A stretch of DNA of 64,000 bases. Source: a virus. The stretch spans positions 28,206-92,205 of the IMG/VR virus record IMGVR_UViG_3300035698_014446; one strand, given 5' to 3'. Made by a program: the position numbers and the translations under genes. Positions 60,383 through 64,000 of this stretch are shown here, piece by piece; positions within the stretch are counted from its first letter, which is position 1, and each line of letters opens with the position of its first letter. The notes beneath the pieces were generated by a model, which saw only the letters and a program-made list of their open reading frames with translations, made no database searches and had not been told where the DNA came from.

Positions 60383-61492
60383 TCAAAAGTCACCCGCCGT
60401 TAAGGCAAGTTCCTCCAACTTGACATCGTACTGCTCACTGTTTCCATCTTCGATAACGACATCATTACCGTCAATACTCTTTACGGTGCTGATTTCCTTT
60501 TCGCCGTCGTAATGGACTTCGGAACCTACTTTAATTTTTGGCTTCGGTTCAGGCTCTTCTTTAACGTAGAGCTTCAACTGGTTCATCGTCGCGTCGTACT
60601 CATCACCCTTCTCGTCCTCAATAACTACGTAGTCGCCGTCTACCTTGTTGACATGGTAGACAACTTCTTCGTCTTCATAGAGAACAGCCACACCGACATC
60701 AATCACGTTCTCGTCGGCAGGATGGTCTGGCTCAGAAGTCTTGTTCTTCTTGGATTTGGTTTTGGCCTTTGTAGTCTTGGACTTTGCGGTCTTTGAAGTC
60801 TTAGCTTTGGCCTTACTACCGCCTTTAGCCTTGTCTTTCTTACCCGCCACCTCAAGTTCCGCGTCGTCGAATAATTCACCGACTTTGTAGCCCAATTCCT
60901 CACATTGTGACTTAAGGCCTACGTCACCGAAATCACCAAGTGGGTCCGATACCTGTTTCATCAATGCTGGACTTACCGGCCACGGTTGTCTCTGTGGCTT
61001 TGCGGTGTAGGTAGTATCGAGTCCCGAACCCTCACGCTTGCAATTCAAAGCTGTACCGGGTTTCGGTTCCAGAATATCCGCCCAATCCTCGTCCATAACG
61101 TACTCTGCTACTTGATCATATAAGGTAGTGGGTAGCATCCACTTTCTTACGGACGGTTGTTGATCGTTAATGTCAACGCCGTTCACCGTGTACCTTGTCC
61201 GTGTGTTGTACAACAGTTCATCACCGGCATCACGTCTTTTCTTGTTCACCTGACAGAAAGCACACGGTTCACCGAATGTTTGCTCCCTGCAGACACCAAG
61301 AGCTTTGCCACCCTGCGCATTGACCTCGCGGTGTTCAGAAAAAGGACGTGCGAAAATATTCTCGCCTTCCTCATCCTTAAATTCAAGGATTCTTAGGGTG
61401 GTAGTAGAATCCTTCTTAAGGTATCGAAACTTGCCCGATCGCTGTTTACTGTCGGCCATCTGTTTCTTAACCTTGTCCCTGTTAACAGCCAT
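60383..61492 (-). CDS. gp32-like single-stranded DNA-binding protein with two C-terminal acidic SH3/Tudor-like repeats
   Basis: LRIL...H...C...PCAFC, KREGSGLDTTY, Lys-rich linker, duplicated I.VG..V.Y....V..VDG..VVIED..G.Y. Confidence 0.7.
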   Translation of the reverse strand: MAVNRDKVKKQMADSKQRSGKFRYLKKDSTTTLRILEFKDEEGENIFARPFSEHREVNAQGGKALGVCREQTFGEPCAFCQVNKKRRDAGDELLYNTRTRYTVNGVDINDQQPSVRKWMLPTTLYDQVAEYVMDEDWADILEPKPGTALNCKREGSGLDTTYTAKPQRQPWPVSPALMKQVSDPLGDFGDVGLKSQCEELGYKVGELFDDAELEVAGKKDKAKGGSKAKAKTSKTAKSKTTKAKTKSKKNKTSEPDHPADENVIDVGVAVLYEDEEVVYHVNKVDGDYVVIEDEKGDEYDATMNQLKLYVKEEPEPKPKIKVGSEVHYDGEKEISTVKSIDGNDVVIEDGNSEQYDVKLEELALTAGDF

Positions 61493-61893
61493 ACCCGTAC
61501 TCCTTCTTTAACATAAAATTTCATCTATTAAATTGATTTGCCAGCATCAATCATCGCTACTATCTCTTTGATGGCCTCAGTGGCTTCCTCAACACATACG
61601 TTTCTTGCTCTGTTAAAATCACCCAAGCTGGCTCCTGCCTCCAGAGCCATACCCTGTCCCACTTCCACCCGTATAGACTCGAAATTACCTATATTACAAG
61701 TCTTCCCTATAGAGAAGTATACGCGGTTTCCGTTTTGTCCGTCCGAAGCCTGTGCGAAATCACCGGCCATTACATTAATTCCGCTGGAAGATTTCTTCTT
61801 TTTCTTACTTTTCTTACTTTTTGCCATAATACACCCTATCCTTTCTCATACTATAACGTTCGGCGCATTGACTCGGTTTCATACCCCCTCTTT

Positions 61894-62187
61894 CTATATC
61901 ACGATAACATCCACGACCATATCGCCCGCATCGAGGTCCATGACTCGAACCCCCTGACTGTTCGCGGTAAGGACTCGCATCTCCTTGACCGGCCACACAG
62001 CCAATTGTCCGGACTTAGCGACAACGACGACCTTCTGCGACATTTTCTTCACTTCCCGCACAGCAATAACATCACCGTTACGCTCGTTAGTGATGATGCT
62101 TTTGTTGCCTTTTTTGCCGCGATGTCTGACAGTGTACTTGTTTTCCATCAGCAGCCCGTACCCACACTCGGTTACAACTAATAACAT
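61894..62187 (-). CDS. Stand-alone GyrA/ParC C-terminal beta-pinwheel repeat protein (~2 blades)
   Basis: LLVVTECGYG, RHRGKKG (GyrA-box-like), SQGVRVMDL..GD.VVDV. Confidence 0.75.
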   Translation of the reverse strand: MLLVVTECGYGLLMENKYTVRHRGKKGNKSIITNERNGDVIAVREVKKMSQKVVVVAKSGQLAVWPVKEMRVLTANSQGVRVMDLDAGDMVVDVIVI

Positions 62188-62190
62188 AGC

Positions 62191-62493
62191 CTACCCTTTC
62201 AACAGAAACTCTTTTATAGTTTCGGCGTGACACCTTTTCGGTACACACCAACAGAATAATCTCAACTTTCCAAATTTTTCGTATACCTGCTTCATATCAT
62301 CCAAATATTTCATACACCTTTTATCGTTTATTACTGTACTAACGAACCAATCCTCATATTGATCACACACTTTATTACGATTTTCCTCTCCAGCAAGTAC
62401 AAAAGGATTACCTATGGGCGATCTTCTATCAACAACTATATCCCACGGGTGAGTAGGGCTACTATTCCCCATATTTTTTATTTCTATATTCAT
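62191..62493 (-). CDS. DUF4326 protein
   Basis: VDRRSPIGNPF...R..VCD.YE.W...LFCWCVPKRCHA. Confidence 0.9.
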   Translation of the reverse strand: MNIEIKNMGNSSPTHPWDIVVDRRSPIGNPFVLAGEENRNKVCDQYEDWFVSTVINDKRCMKYLDDMKQVYEKFGKLRLFCWCVPKRCHAETIKEFLLKG

Positions 62494-62981
62494 TCTTTAA
62501 TTCTCCAATATTGACATTTTTTACCTATTTCTTCATTCATCCACACAAATTTAGCGTGTAATTCATCAAGATGTTTTTCCGACCACCCATCAACACGAGT
62601 ATTAAAAATAGACTTAATTATTACCCCTACGGCTTTAGCCATAACGGTGTACATATTACAGTTAGGTAAACATTCACAGTTACAACACGATCTAACTGGT
62701 TCTTTTTCAGTACTCATATATATATATAACCTTTTATTTACTAAAATTTTGATCAAGTGGACACAGTTTTTCACGATGTGGAATACTAATAGTACCATCA
62801 GGAATGGTAATTCTCATACTTAAAGGGCAATCATCACATTTTCTGTTTTTACCACCGGGCAGATGTATACATGTTTCTGGTTGACAAATTTTAAATAACG
62901 CTTCTCTTACTGTCTCAGAATGTACCAATGCACTACGTTTCACATAGCTTTCCATTTCCTTTGCTGTCAGTAAAAACTGCA

Positions 62982-64000
62982 TTACGCTGCCTCCTTCAAT
63001 TCTTTATAGTTGGGACCAGTAGTTATGTCTATTTCCATAGGAACTGGTTTATCTCTCCAATAATCTTCTGTGTTATGAATTAACATTCCTTCATTTACCG
63101 CCTGCATTACTTGTCTCTGGTGCGACTTTTTAAAGTCAACTATTATACTATCATGAACTGTGCCAACCACTAATGCTGGTAGTTTTCTCTCTTTAAATAA
63201 ATCCATCACTCTACACATACCTATCAAACAAAAATGATTTCCAGTTGACTGAATTGGGTAATTGCTTGCTTGTCTCTCCGCTCTCTCTTTTAACATTCTA
63301 TTAGACAGCATCGCATTCGGAAGATGTCTTGTACCACTGAATAGATCGTGTGATTTCCCTGTTCTACGTGCTATCTTGTGAAATTTCACTCTGAAATCTT
63401 TTATACCACCAAATCTTTCAAAGTATACTTTTTGTAATTCTCTTGCATGTTCAAGGGAAATACCGGCTGCCAATGCTAACCCTTCTGGAGTTTGACCGTA
63501 CATCTGACCAAGATTCATCCTCTTACCTAATTGCCTTTGTGTGAAATTCACATCTTCATACAACACATTGTGTATCTTCGCGGCAACGAATTTATGTAAA
63601 TCAAATCCTCCATTCAGTGCCTCACACATAGCTGGGTCTTCCGACCATCCCGCGAGAATCCTCGGTTCAAGCTGTTTGTAATCTGCACTTAGTATTAACC
63701 CAAACTTACCAAATCTTGACGAGAAAACGATCTTTATTATAGATTCAGTCGGTATATTCTGCAGATTTGGTTCTGTAGAAGATAGTCGCCCGGTGAGAAC
63801 TACGTCCTGATTATAATTGGTATGTACACAACTATTCGGTCCTGTAAAAGTTTCCCATTTCTCAATAAAACCAGAGAACATTGCATTAATCGATCTAAGT
63901 GCGTTCAAATCCTTTACTATCGGGTGTGATTCCTCAAAGGGTTCTAACGCTCTTTTATCAAATGAAAAACTCTCTGATTTAACTCCATCTTTCCATTTGA
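62982..64000 (-). CDS. polA: Family A DNA polymerase, C-terminal part (starts beyond the right edge), DpoZ candidate
   Basis: TGRLSS..PNLQNIP, motif A DYKQLEPR, motif B RQLGKRMNLGQMYG, NYPIQ, motif C VHDS. Frame open to the window edge. Confidence 0.93.
   Translation of the reverse strand, partial: KWKDGVKSESFSFDKRALEPFEESHPIVKDLNALRSINAMFSGFIEKWETFTGPNSCVHTNYNQDVVLTGRLSSTEPNLQNIPTESIIKIVFSSRFGKFGLILSADYKQLEPRILAGWSEDPAMCEALNGGFDLHKFVAAKIHNVLYEDVNFTQRQLGKRMNLGQMYGQTPEGLALAAGISLEHARELQKVYFERFGGIKDFRVKFHKIARRTGKSHDLFSGTRHLPNAMLSNRMLKERAERQASNYPIQSTGNHFCLIGMCRVMDLFKERKLPALVVGTVHDSIIVDFKKSHQRQVMQAVNEGMLIHNTEDYWRDKPVPMEIDITTGPNYKELKEAA

Noticed and set aside
4260-63170. Additional sigma54 promoters at other TGGCAC occurrences (e.g. 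near 4268, 8326, 18322, 53388, 63160)
   Set aside because: They lack the correctly spaced TTGC and lie inside coding regions. The scan was by eye and may have missed degenerate sites.

Overview
The window is a segment of a tailed dsDNA phage genome. It is mostly AT-rich and has no host housekeeping genes. Layout: (i) 1-24.7 kb, minus strand: terS-terL-portal, virion accessory genes, protease/scaffold/decoration/major capsid, then an ~11.7 kb glycosyl-/methyltransferase modification cluster invaded by HNH genes. (ii) 25-32 kb, plus strand: small accessory genes, several decayed. (iii) 32.2-35.2 kb: an abrupt, very GC-rich island, A-depleted on its left and T-depleted on its right, leading into a plus-strand early region that runs to ~50.3 kb. 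(iv) 50.4-64 kb, minus strand: replication module (primase, helicase, SSB, family A polymerase) containing a clear purZ, with an adjacent NMP kinase and dUTPase-fold gene and a MazG-like gene ~2 kb further on. The phage therefore very probably has a 2-aminoadenine (Z) genome. The most interesting signal is a candidate 'boot sector' for that Z genome. The first early genes are written almost without T, so their template strand is nearly Z-free. One of them is a GC-rich recoded paralogue of a normal-composition gene 3 kb downstream. Early transcription appears to use three near-consensus sigma54 promoters with tandem TGT-N12-ACA enhancer-like sites at a conserved distance. Seven early genes carry a covarying H-type pseudoknot just before the Shine-Dalgarno sequence. 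Motif matches and base counts were made by eye. The functional links between these elements are inference.
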